Assembly (NCBI GenBank): GCA_965204535.1
Contig: CBDBEV010000001.1
Span: 448,001-512,000 of the forward strand
Origin: a bacterium
Lineage (GTDB): Bacteria > UBA8248
Length of the DNA stretch: 64,000 nt
Direction of reading: 5' to 3'
In this document: one piece after another, positions 11,231-21,692 of the stretch
How the letters are laid out: each line of letters begins with the position of its first letter
Numbering within the stretch: position 1 is the stretch's first letter
Program-made: the position numbers and the translations under genes
Notes under the pieces: model-generated
Seen by the model: only the letters and a program-made list of their open reading frames with translations
Databases searched by the model: none
What the model was told of the DNA's origin: nothing

Positions 11231-11670
11231 CTAGCGTTGATACTTGATGAACGGCGTGAGGTTCGCCACGCGATCGTAGAGCACCCGGGCGGTCTCGTTG
11301 AAGTCCTGCGTGAGCCAGTAAACCGACGGCGCGCCCCGCTCATCGGCCGCCTCATAGACCGCTTCGATCAGCGCGCGGCCTACGCCCCCGCCGCGAAAGG
11401 CGGGATCGGTGTAGAGGTCCTGGAGATAGCATACGTCCTCAAGCCGCCAGTTGTGCGGGTGAAAATGTAGTGGATCAGACCCGCCGCCTGCCCGTCCCTG
11501 AGTGCGAGCAGTCCGTTCTGCTGCGTGCGTGCCGGATCCAGAAGGCGGGCGAAGGTAGTCCGGTAGACCTCTTCGGGTACGCTGGATTCGTAGAACTCCA
11601 GATAAGCGGTCCACAGGCGGCGCCAATCGGATTCGTCGGCGGCGGCCAGGGAGCGAATGGTCAGCGTCAT
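11231..11670 (-). pseudogene. GNAT N-acetyltransferase, frameshifted
   Basis: MTLTIRSL...GLIHYIF in one frame and HPHNW...YLQDLYTDPAFRGGGVGRALI...YWLT in another. One base is missing in the homopolymer at ~11462-11465. Confidence 0.85.
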
Positions 11671-12501
11671 GAGAACTCCTCATGCTGGCTCGGGAAGTAT
11701 AGCGGCAGGGAATTGTACGTTCGGGGTTCTGTCAGTCAAGCCGATTCTTTCGGGATCGTCCGCTCCGTTTGACACGACACGGACGCAAGACGCTACGCCG
11801 AGGCGCAGTTGACGAAGCGAAGCGTTTTCGATGATGCGGGAGGGCTGCCGGCAGGGCGCATCTCCCCGCAATTGCCGTCACGGGACCCGAGGAGAACTCA
11901 CCTAGAATATCGAAGCGGCCAGGCGCGTTCGACGAACCCGAATTTCTGAAAAATTCGATAAATTCCGATAAATTCACGGGGTTTTTCGATAAATCAGCCT
12001 CATCGGATATTCCGGGCCGTTCTCATCGGCGATGGAATCCGTATAACCCATTGATATCATGTCGGATATATGTCTCGTCCATATCTGCCGGAATTCGCCT
12101 TCCCCAACCCGTAATCAAGCCGAAAGCGGACTCGTTCAAACTCCAGCGCATCACGGCGGGCAATCGTCCGTGAGCGCTCGGGCCAATCATTCAGCCAGGC
12201 CGTAACAGCAGTTCCAGAACAGCGGCAGTTCGAGATACCGTTCACCACCAATCGCCGGGCATTCGCAGGGACGACTCGCGAAACAGGGCGCCGCGGCGTG
12301 AGCGGCATTGTTCCTTTTTTTCCGCAGCGCCTCGCTGCACGTTCTCCGGCGACCCTCGTTTTCCGGAAAACGCCCGTGATTTCAGGCTGAACCGATGAGC
12401 GACCCGCTCGCGGGAGCGGTCGCGGACTCTTCCCGGGTGTACCTTCCGCGCTAGAAACAACGATTGAACGGGCGCTCGTCCTTTCCTTATGTTCGCGCGC
12501 C

Positions 12502-13221
12502 ATGACCGCGTTCGACGACGATACCGGGGTTCCGCTGGACGAGCGGCTGCGCTGGAGCATTGCGCTCTGGCGCGCGCGCCGCGGGATGAGCGCGAGGCGC
12601 TTCGGGGTGGGCGCGCTGGGGGTTCCCGGCTTCGTGGGTCTGCAGGCCCGGGGGCGGCCCCTGCGGGTCGACACGGCGGACCGGGTGCTCGCGTTCATGG
12701 GGTATCCGCCCCTGGGACCGCTCCTTGTGGCCGAGGTCGAGGCGTTCCTCGCGGTGAGCGGGACCAAGGTCTCGATCCTGGGCGAGGAGACCGTGGGGAA
12801 TCCCTCCTTCGTGGGGAGGCTGCGCCGGGGCGCCTCGCCGTATCTCAAGACCTTCGACCGGGTGCGCGCCTGGATGGCGGCGGGCGCGACGGGAGAGGAG
12901 ATCCGCGCCATACGCGAGAGGCTCGCGGACTTGCCCGATCCGTTCGACGGGACGTGGGACGCCGCCGGGGAACCCGGCGCCGCGGGAGACGTCGATGAGC
13001 GCACGGAGGAGAACCACCTGAACACGCGGGAGGCGGCCGCCTGGCTCGGCCTCTCGCCCAAGACGCTGGAGCGCTACCGCGTGAGCGGAGAGGGGCCGGA
13101 TTTTCTTCGCACCGGATACCGGGTGCGCTACCTGCTCGAAGATCTCGAGAAGTGGGCCTCCGCCCGGAGGTGGACTTCCACGTCCGAGGAGAGAGCCGCC
13201 CGCAGAAAGAAGAGGCGGTAG
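12502..13221 (+). CDS. phage/ICE-type DNA-binding protein: duplicated HTH-like domain plus C-terminal excisionase/AlpA-like HTH
   Basis: Two related N-terminal units (…PGFVGLQARGRPLRVDTADRV / …PSFVGRLRRGASPYLKTFDRV) followed by LNTREAAAWLGLSPKTLERYRVSGEGPDF. Confidence 0.75.
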   Translation: MTAFDDDTGVPLDERLRWSIALWRARRGMSARRFGVGALGVPGFVGLQARGRPLRVDTADRVLAFMGYPPLGPLLVAEVEAFLAVSGTKVSILGEETVGNPSFVGRLRRGASPYLKTFDRVRAWMAAGATGEEIRAIRERLADLPDPFDGTWDAAGEPGAAGDVDERTEENHLNTREAAAWLGLSPKTLERYRVSGEGPDFLRTGYRVRYLLEDLEKWASARRWTSTSEERAARRKKRR

Positions 13222-13250
13222 AGAGATATTCGGGAGAAGACGGACGGACT

Positions 13251-14231
13251 TCACAGGCCGTAGCGCAGCCTCGCCATCGCGCCCTGTTTCGCGAGCTGTC
13301 CCTGCGCGTAGCGCCCCGGCATGACCGGCGACTGCCAGCGCCCGGCAATCTGCATCTCGACCAGCGACGCCCCCGCCGTGGCCAGGCTCTGCGCGCCCCC
13401 CACGCGCAGGCTGTGTCCGCTGATGCGTCCCTCCACGCCCGCGGCCTTCCCCCACCGCGCGATGATGCTCCGGATGCTCCTCTCCGTCAGGCGCGCCGGC
13501 CGAAGCCGTCCCCCCTTGTACACGCCCCGGAAGAGCGCCCCCTCCTCGATACCCGCGCGCGCCAGCCAGGCCCCGACGCGCGCCACCGTCGGCTCGCCCA
13601 GAAACTGCACGACGCCCTCGCCCTCCTGGTCCGTCTTCGAGCGGCGGATCAGCACCGTCTGCTCCTCCAGGTCCACGTCCTCGATGTCGAGCGCCTCGAC
13701 CTCCGACACCCGGAGCAGGGCGTCGCTCGCCACCGCCACGATCGCCGCGTCGCGCAGACCGCCCAGGGTCCCCGTCCCCTCGGCCAGCGCCGCCGCGCGG
13801 TCCGCCTGCTCCCAGCGCACCCCCACCACCTGGCCCCGGCCGCGCTCTGCGGCCAGGCGCCGGAAGCCGGCCAGCACCCGCTCCGAGGCCGCCCCCGCCG
13901 GGGAGGGCCGGCCGTTCAGCTTCGCCCGGAAGCGAAGCGCCGCGACCGCCATCGCGGCCACGGCCGCCGAGTGCCCCTGCTCGTAGAGATCCCCCAGGTA
14001 CGCCGCTATCCCGGCGTCGGTCTCGGGGTTTCCCGAGCGCTCGAACCTCCTGAGCGCAGTCTCGTACACTCGCCGCGTGTTCTCAGACATCGACGCCTTC
14101 GCCAGGTAGGCGGCCGCACGGGCCGGTCGGGCCGGCCTCCTCGTCAAAGCGATGTCCTGTTCCGGGTCGGGCGGTGTTGCCCCAGTCGTCATGGCGAGAA
14201 GCCAACCTTCCGGGTCAGCGGCCGTTTCCAT
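13251..14231 (-). CDS. Cre/TnpS-like tyrosine recombinase
   Basis: SENTRRVY, LRDAAI, LRVSE, RSKTDQEG, SGHSLRVG, GRWQS..MPGRY give the R-K-H-R-W-Y catalytic set. Start codon uncertain. Confidence 0.92.
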   Translation of the reverse strand: METAADPEGWLLAMTTGATPPDPEQDIALTRRPARPARAAAYLAKASMSENTRRVYETALRRFERSGNPETDAGIAAYLGDLYEQGHSAAVAAMAVAALRFRAKLNGRPSPAGAASERVLAGFRRLAAERGRGQVVGVRWEQADRAAALAEGTGTLGGLRDAAIVAVASDALLRVSEVEALDIEDVDLEEQTVLIRRSKTDQEGEGVVQFLGEPTVARVGAWLARAGIEEGALFRGVYKGGRLRPARLTERSIRSIIARWGKAAGVEGRISGHSLRVGGAQSLATAGASLVEMQIAGRWQSPVMPGRYAQGQLAKQGAMARLRYGL

Positions 14232-14347
14232 TCCCTGAGGCCGTTCCAGGGCCTCGTCGATTGCCGAGTATAGACGACGGCGGGGAATTTCCAATAAAAA
14301 AAACCGTTTCGCAGGGGAATACCGGCGAAACGGCGGGTTTCTGGAGT

Positions 14348-14535
14348 CCGTTAATCGTTATTATCAGAAAATATAACACCTCTCAAGGCCATGTCAAGCG
14401 CAATTCCGGGGTCCCCGGAGAGGTTTCGGGCGCCGTTTTGCGTCTTTTCCCGCTCATTTACGGCCCGGATGCGCCCCGAAACGCCTCTCCCGGCGGAAAA
14501 CGGGGCTTATGGCATCCGATAATAACGATTATCGG
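14348..14535. promoter_or_regulatory. putative recombinase res/crossover region
   Basis: Palindrome CCGATAATAACGATTATCGG (14516-14535), an inverted imperfect copy at 14348-14368 and an inner inverted pair, directly upstream of the recombinase. Confidence 0.6.
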
Positions 14536-14786
14536 CGGGCAGGCCGGGTGGCAGGCGGCTCGCCTCTGGAGGCAGTGAAAGGCGGGCGCATGCCGCAGGA
14601 ACCCGCCTCTCGCGGAACCACCGGCCCGGAGCATGAAAGGGTTCAAGCCCGCCGTATTTCAGGCGGCCCGGAATACGAATCACCAGTTTGTGAAGGCCCG
14701 AAATAAAAGCTGAAGGGAGGCATCGCTTGGAGAGGCTTGCGACCGGAGTCGCATCGGCTACAGTCCGTCATCCAAAAGGGGCCGGC

Positions 14787-16406
14787 ATGAGCCCCGGACG
14801 GCTGCTCGGGCACCCGCAAGCGCGCCACTGTCTCACCGCCGCCCTGGTGCTCGCCGTGTTCTGTGCGCTCGCCGCGTCGCCCGCCGTGGCGGCGGAGAAG
14901 CCACAGGATCCACGGCAGGAGCGGACAGGCACGAACGGCCCTGACGACCTGCCGGGCACTGACGGCAACGATCTGCTCAACGGCAAGAAGGGCAAGGACG
15001 TGCTGCGCGGCTTGGGCGGCAACGACGTGCTGCGTGGCGGCAGGGGTGCCGATAAACTCCTGGGTGGCCGCGGCAATGACAAGTTGCACGGCGGGAGGGG
15101 CGACGACACCTTGACCGGTGGGTCGGGTGCCGACCTCTTTGTGTTTTCGCGCCGGAAGCCGGGTGACGACATCATCACCGACTTCGAGGCCGGTGACGCC
15201 ATCGTGTTGGTCAAGGACCCGAAGGCCGACCCCTGGCCTTCGGTTGCCGACATCCTGGCCAGCGTGGTGGAGCAGGACGACCGCTACACATATACCCTGT
15301 TTCCCGGCCTGACGGTGCAGACGAGCACAGCTCTGCGGGCCGGGGATTTCGTGTTCTCCACCGCCGCGCCGAGTCTGGCGGCTGTCACGGCGCACGGAAT
15401 CGCCGGCGCGATCGCCAGTCTCGAAAAGCACGCCCTGGGTTCCCCGTTTCTTAGCTGGACCAACATCGACCGCACGCTCACGTTCGGGGTTCCGTACCAC
15501 GTGTTGCCGGTCTCCCTGCACAAGCCGAGCAAGGGCATCCTCGGCGGCGCGCTCGACAACGATGAAGATCCGTCGAACGGCACCGCGTTCGTCGATGCGG
15601 ACGCCCCTCCGGCGATCTCCGGATGGGCGGGAAGCGCGAAGGAGTGGAGCCGCACGGCCGGTGCCGGCGTCACGCTCACCGACACCGTGGCCCTGTACTC
15701 GAAAGCAAGTTCCGGGGAGACGTATCTCTCCTTCGGGTGGTGGGCGAGAGTTCCCGACTCCAGCGCCGTTGGTCTCGGGACATTCGGGAATGACCCGATC
15801 CTCTCCACCGCAACTGTTGGCCGGAAGAACAGCAACGGCCTCAACGCCGCGTGGCCGCGCGGTGCCAACGCCTTCGTGGCGGGCCGGCACAAGTGGTGGC
15901 CCGGCTGGGATCAACTCGATGCGCTGTCCGGCGCCGCGACCTATGTCGGCGCCTCCGCCGGGCTATGGTCGGAACGCGCGGCCGGCGAGCGCGACGGCGC
16001 GTCCGGCGCGTTCACGGCGGACGCCGTCCTCACGGCGGATTTCGACCATGACACGCAGTACGTGGCCCTCTCGGGCAGCATCGACAACTTCAGGGACGCC
16101 TCGGGCACCCCGCTCGGAAGCTGGACGGCAACGCTCGCCAACGAGAGCGGCGGGCAGTTCGGGGGCCAGATTCACGGTGGAGCCATGGCATACAACGGCA
16201 ACGCCGCCGGTGATGCCGACGGCCGCAACTGGACCGGCGGGTGGGTCGCCCAGTTCTTCCGCCGTGCCGCCACCGATGCCCAGAGCGCGCATCCCACCGC
16301 GGTCGGCGGTGTGTTCCAGGCGCATCACGGCACGCCGGCAATGGCGGCGTCGAACGACCAGGGCTTCCTCGGCGTGGTCGGCGCCTTCGGAGCCGAGAAG
16401 CAATAG
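14787..16406 (+). CDS. secreted protein: signal peptide, RTX Ca-binding repeats, C-terminal TbpB-like beta-barrel
   Basis: Signal ending AVA-AEK; ~7 GGxGxDxL-type nonapeptides; GAATYVG..G.W, FTADAVLTADF, SGSIDNF; ends GAFGAEKQ. Confidence 0.8.
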   Translation: MSPGRLLGHPQARHCLTAALVLAVFCALAASPAVAAEKPQDPRQERTGTNGPDDLPGTDGNDLLNGKKGKDVLRGLGGNDVLRGGRGADKLLGGRGNDKLHGGRGDDTLTGGSGADLFVFSRRKPGDDIITDFEAGDAIVLVKDPKADPWPSVADILASVVEQDDRYTYTLFPGLTVQTSTALRAGDFVFSTAAPSLAAVTAHGIAGAIASLEKHALGSPFLSWTNIDRTLTFGVPYHVLPVSLHKPSKGILGGALDNDEDPSNGTAFVDADAPPAISGWAGSAKEWSRTAGAGVTLTDTVALYSKASSGETYLSFGWWARVPDSSAVGLGTFGNDPILSTATVGRKNSNGLNAAWPRGANAFVAGRHKWWPGWDQLDALSGAATYVGASAGLWSERAAGERDGASGAFTADAVLTADFDHDTQYVALSGSIDNFRDASGTPLGSWTATLANESGGQFGGQIHGGAMAYNGNAAGDADGRNWTGGWVAQFFRRAATDAQSAHPTAVGGVFQAHHGTPAMAASNDQGFLGVVGAFGAEKQ

Positions 16407-16411
16407 CGCCG

Positions 16412-17093
16412 GGCCGTCCCCCTCCAGGCGGGCGCTGCCGGGCGCGCTTGTGCAAGCGTCAGGCGCATCGACATCCATCACGTCGCCGCTCTCCCCGCCG
16501 CTTGTCCCGCGACCTCGCGAACCATGCGCACGGTGCGCCGCACCGCTGCGCGGCGGCCATCAAGGTGGGCCTCGAAGCCATCAGCGACTAACTACCTCGC
16601 GTAAGATCTCCCGGACGTTTCCAGAAAGATAACGAACTGCAACGCAGATCAAGGGGAGTTGTTAAAAAAGTTCTCATCACTCGAAATTCACTCCCACCAG
16701 TGCAGTTGCGGATTTCACCCTTGAACATCATCGTCAACAAACGAGAGAGAAGAGAACCACTCCCCCCTTGAGGGGTTTGTTGAAAAACCCTGTTTCGGGG
16801 CCGGCGGTATGGAGGTTCACGCGGCGCAGGCGCGATGGTTTTGTAGGGACAGGCACGGAGGCCTCGGACAGGCGCAGGGGCCTGTCCCTGCTACGGTGAA
16901 CAATTCGATGATCGGGATTCCCTCCCTTCAGGCGGGCGCTGCCGGTCGCGCCTGTGCAAGCGTCAGGCGCATCGGCATCCATCCATGTCGCCGCTCTCCC
17001 CGCCGCCGCGGGGAGGGTGAAGGTGAAGCGCGCGCCGGGGCCTGTTCCCGCGCTCTCGTCCCGGATGCGCCCCGCCTCGTCGCTTCCGTTCAT
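16412..17093 (-). pseudogene. collapsed sensor-kinase remnant plus an ~85-bp direct duplication
   Basis: ATG at 17093 gives MNGSDEAGRI fused directly to RDESAGTGPGARFTFTLP (HATPase G2 end). 16420-16501 is duplicated at about 16925-17005, with REP-like repeats between (16760-16895). Confidence 0.65.
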
Positions 17094-17094
17094 C

Positions 17095-17245
17095 TCTCCC
17101 CTTCCCGGGACTGGAAAATACGGGGGAAAATGCATGCGCGATACAGACATGAAATCAAAGAATCCGAATGCGAACAAGACATACAACTTTTGGTAGAATG
17201 GGACGATAAACCGGAACAGATGTCCCGTCGTGAGGAAAGCCGGGC
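17095..17245 (+). promoter_or_regulatory. shared island promoter cassette, copy A
   Basis: Phased boxes (GCGCGATAC / ACATGAAAT / ATGCGAACA), TTTTGGTAGAAT extended -10, then GATAAACCGGAACAGATGT. Confidence 0.6.
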
Positions 17246-17464
17246 CGCTCCGACGCTGTGGACGGCGCCCCCGGCGAAGACCATGCGGGGCTGTTGAAGA
17301 ACCGGGTTTCGGAACGGTCCGTTTCAGGTTCAGGCGGCTTGTGTCACCCCGAGCCGGACCTCCCGTTTGTTCGGCTGCTGCGCGTGGAGGTTGCCCGAGA
17401 GAAAGAGGAAACCGGAGATTCACTGAAAGATAGTCGTTCTCGCTTACCATGGGGGATTCACTAA

Positions 17465-19090
17465 ATGAATTTCAGGGATAAATCGATTGGCGGGTTGTAC
17501 GCTCTCGCGCCGGCGGCGGTGTTCGCGCTGACGCTGGCGGGCTGCGGCGGTGGCGGCGGTACTGCGACGCCGACCACGATGCCCGGTCCGCAGATGGCGT
17601 GCGAGGACGCGGGCGGGCGGTGGCATGATGACGATACGTGCACCTCGGCCGCGGATCTGGCGGCAGAGCGAATGGCTGCGCAGCGCGAGGCCATAAGTGA
17701 CGCCATCATGGAGGCGATCACCGCGGTCGACGCCGTGGACAACGACTCCACCGACGCCGAGGTGAGCGCCGCCGACATGGCGGTCGCGGACGCGAGGAGC
17801 GCCATCGCGGCCGCGGCCAACGTTCCGGACGAAGAGAAAGCCGCGAACACCGGGACGGTCGACCTGCTCGCAAGCCAGCTTGCCGACGCCAAGGCGGACC
17901 GCATGGCCCACATGGACGACGCCAGGAAGGCTGCGGCCGCGGCCATGATGGCAACGGCCATGAAGCTCCATGCCGGCATCGGCAGCGATCCCCTGGCGGA
18001 CTCCGGAGCCGGACGGCGGATCGCCGCATATAGCGGGACCAACGACGCCGACATCACGGTGACCATAGGCGCCAATGCACAGGCACTGAAGGAAAACAAG
18101 GATGCGACGGTCCCCGCCAACCACGGCTGGGAGGGCAGGAAGTACACGGGCGGCACGTCCGAGGCGATCGTCTTCTCGAACGTCGGCGAGCCGACGGAGG
18201 GGGCGAAGTTCAACGCCCGGCACACCTTGGCTACCGCGGACACCGCCACCGACGCCACCAAGGCGGGTGAGTTGACCATTGCCACGGCCGGCGACACTGA
18301 CGTCCAGTCGAGAGTCGCCAGCCCGCGCTTCGACCAGTCCGCCGGGACCAAGACGTTCAAGTTGCCGGCCAATATGGTCCGGGTGGTGATTCCCGGCAGC
18401 TATCACGGAGTGTCCGGCACGTACTACTGCACGCCCGGTAGCGGTCAGACGTGCTCCGCTGCCGTAGCCGCAAAAGGGTTCACCCTTGCGGGCGGGAGCT
18501 GGGCGTTCAAGCCCACCGACCCGGAGACCCGGCTCATGGATGTGCCGGACGCAGACTACGCTTCCTACGGCGGGTGGCTCCACATAGCCGCGAACGGAAC
18601 CTGGGCCGCGAGCGCATTCGCAGACTACAAAGGTGGTGACGGTTCAGCCGAGAACGCCAGCGGCATCGATACGTTGCACGGAACGGCGAGGTACATGGGC
18701 GGCGCGGCCGGCATGTACGCTCTCTACAGCGCCACCGGGGGGACGAACGACGCCGGCACCTTCACCGCGAGGGCGACGCTCGAGGCCGACTTCAGCGACA
18801 ATTCGATCACGGGCGCCATCGACCGGTTCATGGGCGCGGACGGTCAGTCGCGGAACTGGTCCGTCGAGTTGAAGGAGGCCGCGGTCGCCGCTACGGGTGG
18901 CATTAGCCGCACTGCAGATAACGATACGGTGTGGACCATCGACGGCACGGCCGCCGCCGCCTCCGGCGAGTGGTCCGGCCGGTTTTACGAAAATGGCGAC
19001 GACGGTGTTCCGAAGGTCGCGACCGGAACGTTCCACTCGATGTTCAGCACGGACGGCCGGATGGTCGGCGGCTTCGGCGTGAACCGCTAA
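17465..19090 (+). CDS. surface lipoprotein with C-terminal TbpB-like beta-barrel
   Basis: Lipobox LAGC followed by a poly-Gly linker, an Ala-rich helical region, GTARYMGGAAGMY, FTARATLEADF, and the ending MVGGFGVNR. Confidence 0.85.
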   Translation: MNFRDKSIGGLYALAPAAVFALTLAGCGGGGGTATPTTMPGPQMACEDAGGRWHDDDTCTSAADLAAERMAAQREAISDAIMEAITAVDAVDNDSTDAEVSAADMAVADARSAIAAAANVPDEEKAANTGTVDLLASQLADAKADRMAHMDDARKAAAAAMMATAMKLHAGIGSDPLADSGAGRRIAAYSGTNDADITVTIGANAQALKENKDATVPANHGWEGRKYTGGTSEAIVFSNVGEPTEGAKFNARHTLATADTATDATKAGELTIATAGDTDVQSRVASPRFDQSAGTKTFKLPANMVRVVIPGSYHGVSGTYYCTPGSGQTCSAAVAAKGFTLAGGSWAFKPTDPETRLMDVPDADYASYGGWLHIAANGTWAASAFADYKGGDGSAENASGIDTLHGTARYMGGAAGMYALYSATGGTNDAGTFTARATLEADFSDNSITGAIDRFMGADGQSRNWSVELKEAAVAATGGISRTADNDTVWTIDGTAAAASGEWSGRFYENGDDGVPKVATGTFHSMFSTDGRMVGGFGVNR

Positions 19091-20100
19091 GAGGAGTAGC
19101 GGCGAAGCAGGTGCCCGAAGCCGTGGGCGCGCGCATCGAGGGGAGCGCCGCCCCGACGCGGCCGACGCTCGGGGGCCATGAAGTGGCGCTCTTCGTTCAG
19201 CGGCACAGAGGGCGTGCTCTCTCGATGGCGGCGTGACGGCGGGCGTGATGGGCGCCGATTACGAGTCGGGGGGGGGGTCCTCGCGGGCGTCGCGTTCGCC
19301 AGCACCCGGGCTCTGCGCCCTCCGGGGCCTGTGAGCTCGACCTCCGCGCCTCGCAGCGTCTCGGCGTCCTTCAGATCCGCGAGCGTGACCTCGCGCCCGT
19401 CGGGGAGACGGGAGGTGACCTCGCCTAGCACCTCCGCCCCGGAGCTTCCCGGCAGGCCCAGCGCCTCGATGATGCGACGCGCCTCGCGGTTGATGCTCGC
19501 GGGCTCGGCCGTACGCGCGTCGAACACCGCCATCCCCACCGGCGAGGTTTCCACCAGGGCCTCGAGACCCGCCCGCGCGCGGCGCTCCTCGCGGTGCGCC
19601 CTCGCGTTCGCGACCGCCCCCGCCGCCTGGGAGGCGAACAGCACCAGCAGCTCCTCGTCCTCCTCGGTAAAACCCTCTCCGCCCTCCTTGTCACCAACGA
19701 AAAAATTCCCCATGTGCGCGCCCTGGTGGCGTATCGGCGTGCCCTGGAAGGTCCGGCACAGGCCCAGCTCGGGCGATAGCCCCAGCGAGCGGATGTGAGC
19801 GGGAAAATCGTCCACCCTCAGTGGCGTCTCCTGATCGCGAAGGTACTCGAACAGCACGAGCCCGTCGGGCAGGCAGTTCGTCAGGCGATGGACTTCTTCT
19901 GCGCTCAGCCCGGAGGTGACGAACTCCCTGAGCCCTCCCGATTCGTCCACCGTGGTGATCATGGAGTAGCGCGCGCCGATGAGCGCGCGGGCGCCCTCCA
20001 CGATATCCGTGAGCACGGTCTCAGGCTCCAGGCTCGTGGTGATCCGCGCAAGCGCCGCGCACAGCCGCGAGATGCGCCCCGATTCGTCGTTTCCCTTCAT
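19087..20100 (-). pseudogene. GAF-PAS sensor kinase, truncated after the first PAS domain
   Basis: MKGNDESGRISRL...GAF (FTEEDEELLVLFASQAAGAVANAR), PAS (LEALVETSPVGMAVFDA). Similarity stops at a G10 tract near 19268-19277; no kinase domain. Confidence 0.8.
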
Positions 20101-20215
20101 CGTCAGTGCCTCCCGGGCAGGGAAAAGAAGAAAAACGCAATAATACACGATAAATACATGAATACAAAGAGATTAAATATGAAACAGATAGAATGTTTTT
20201 GTAAAATGAAAGATG
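20101..20215 (+). promoter_or_regulatory. shared island promoter cassette, copy B
   Basis: ACACGATAA / ACATGAATA / ATATGAAAC boxes at 11- and 21-bp spacing, then TTTTGTAAAAT. Confidence 0.6.
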
Positions 20216-20393
20216 AATTTGGTGGCCGGGTTTGCATTGTCCAGGGAGGCGGCAAACCGGATCGGGAGGAGTTGTTCGCCTTCTACGCCTGCTCGCCAGA
20301 GAGCACGCGTCGAGCGGCTACCATCGTAACGTCGCCTTCCAGACGAACGTTTGTGGAAAATGGTAATAAAAACTATCAAAAGGAGAGAAGGAA

Positions 20394-20723
20394 ATGAGAA
20401 AAATCAAGATGGTTTTTGTCGTGATGTTCATCGTTTGCGGGGCGCTCGCTCCTGTTCAGGTTTTTGCTACGACTGAACCTGCTCAGCCAAGTACCGATAC
20501 AAGAGAAACTGAATGCAGAAACGGTTGGAATTCGAGTTCGGCATCCCAAACTTGCACCGCCAGCAGATTTTCCTCACCCTCAGACCGGCCTGACACCTGT
20601 TATATTTACGCTATCTGTCAAGGCTTGAACAAGACGGTTTCTGGTGGAATCACGGTTAGTCCGAGGAGTGCTGCCAGTAACATTAACAACTGTAACGGCA
20701 CTATGCAGACGAGTGCTTGTTGA
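20394..20723 (+). CDS. small secreted 6-Cys protein, family A (cyanovirin-repeat-like)
   Basis: Signal peptide; CRNGWNSSSASQTC..CYIYAIC..NNCNGTMQTSAC; AGGAG/AAGGA RBS. Confidence 0.85.
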   Translation: MRKIKMVFVVMFIVCGALAPVQVFATTEPAQPSTDTRETECRNGWNSSSASQTCTASRFSSPSDRPDTCYIYAICQGLNKTVSGGITVSPRSAASNINNCNGTMQTSAC

Positions 20724-20994
20724 ATAAGCACCAAGATGAAATTGTTTGAATGGATGAGGAAAACAGGAGCGTCAAGAACAGGGCGGCTAATTCATGAATT
20801 TTCGGCCAAATCCGTCGTGGATTGCGCGCAGGCGTCGAACGATTGTCCATAAGATTCGAACTCCCCGTCCGCCCCGAATTTCGGTCGGGGTCGATCATGT
20901 CATTTTCGCCGAAAAATCGGAAACTTCATTCTGCATACCAGGGGGTGAACGTCCCTGGGGTTCCTCTCGCATTTTGGGGAAAAAGAGCTTCGCC

Positions 20995-21430
20995 ATGTGG
21001 AGAAAATGGACACGGATCCTGCCGGTAATCGACACGCTCGCGCTCACCAGCGCCGCGCCCGCCGCTGACAAGGTCATTCTCACCCAGCCGGTGGACAGCC
21101 TGAGCTTCTTCCCCATCTACGTGGGACGGATAAAAGGATTCTTCAAGGAAGAGGGGCTCACCCTGGACGTGAAGGCCACCGCAGGCGGCGGACCGCACCT
21201 GACGGCCGTCCTCGCGGATAAGGCCGAGTTCACCGCCAGCCCGGGCACCTACCAGTTGAACGCACTGAACTCCGGCAAGCGGGCCATCGGCTTCGTGGAC
21301 CTCCTGCGGCGCAACATCATCGGGATGGTCATCCACAAGGACGCGGCCAAGAAAGCGGGCATCAAGGATGGCATACCCCTCATGGACAAGGTCAAACGCG
21401 CGAAGGGCCTCAAGATCGGCATGATGTGGC
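20995..21430 (+). pseudogene. NitT/TauT-type ABC substrate-binding protein, 5' fragment
   Basis: SFFPIYVGRIKGFFKEEGL..GGGP..KGLKIG, after which similarity is lost. Confidence 0.7.
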
Positions 21431-21692
21431 CGGGCGAGAAGAGAGACCGCGCGCGAGACGGCATCCGAAACGGCATATCATCGCCGGAACAATTCGCGCG
21501 GAAAAGAACTCTCTGTTCGAAGAGGCGTTTGGGAACGATACTCAGGCTCGAAACGCAACATTTGACCTTTATCGGGAAATATCGGGTCCGCTTCATGCCA
21601 TTTCACGTGGATAGGCCACCGCAGGGAGTAGTTCCGCTCAGGTTCCGCCACGAGGACGAGGACGTCCCCGTCGATGCGCGCCGGGTCCGCCG

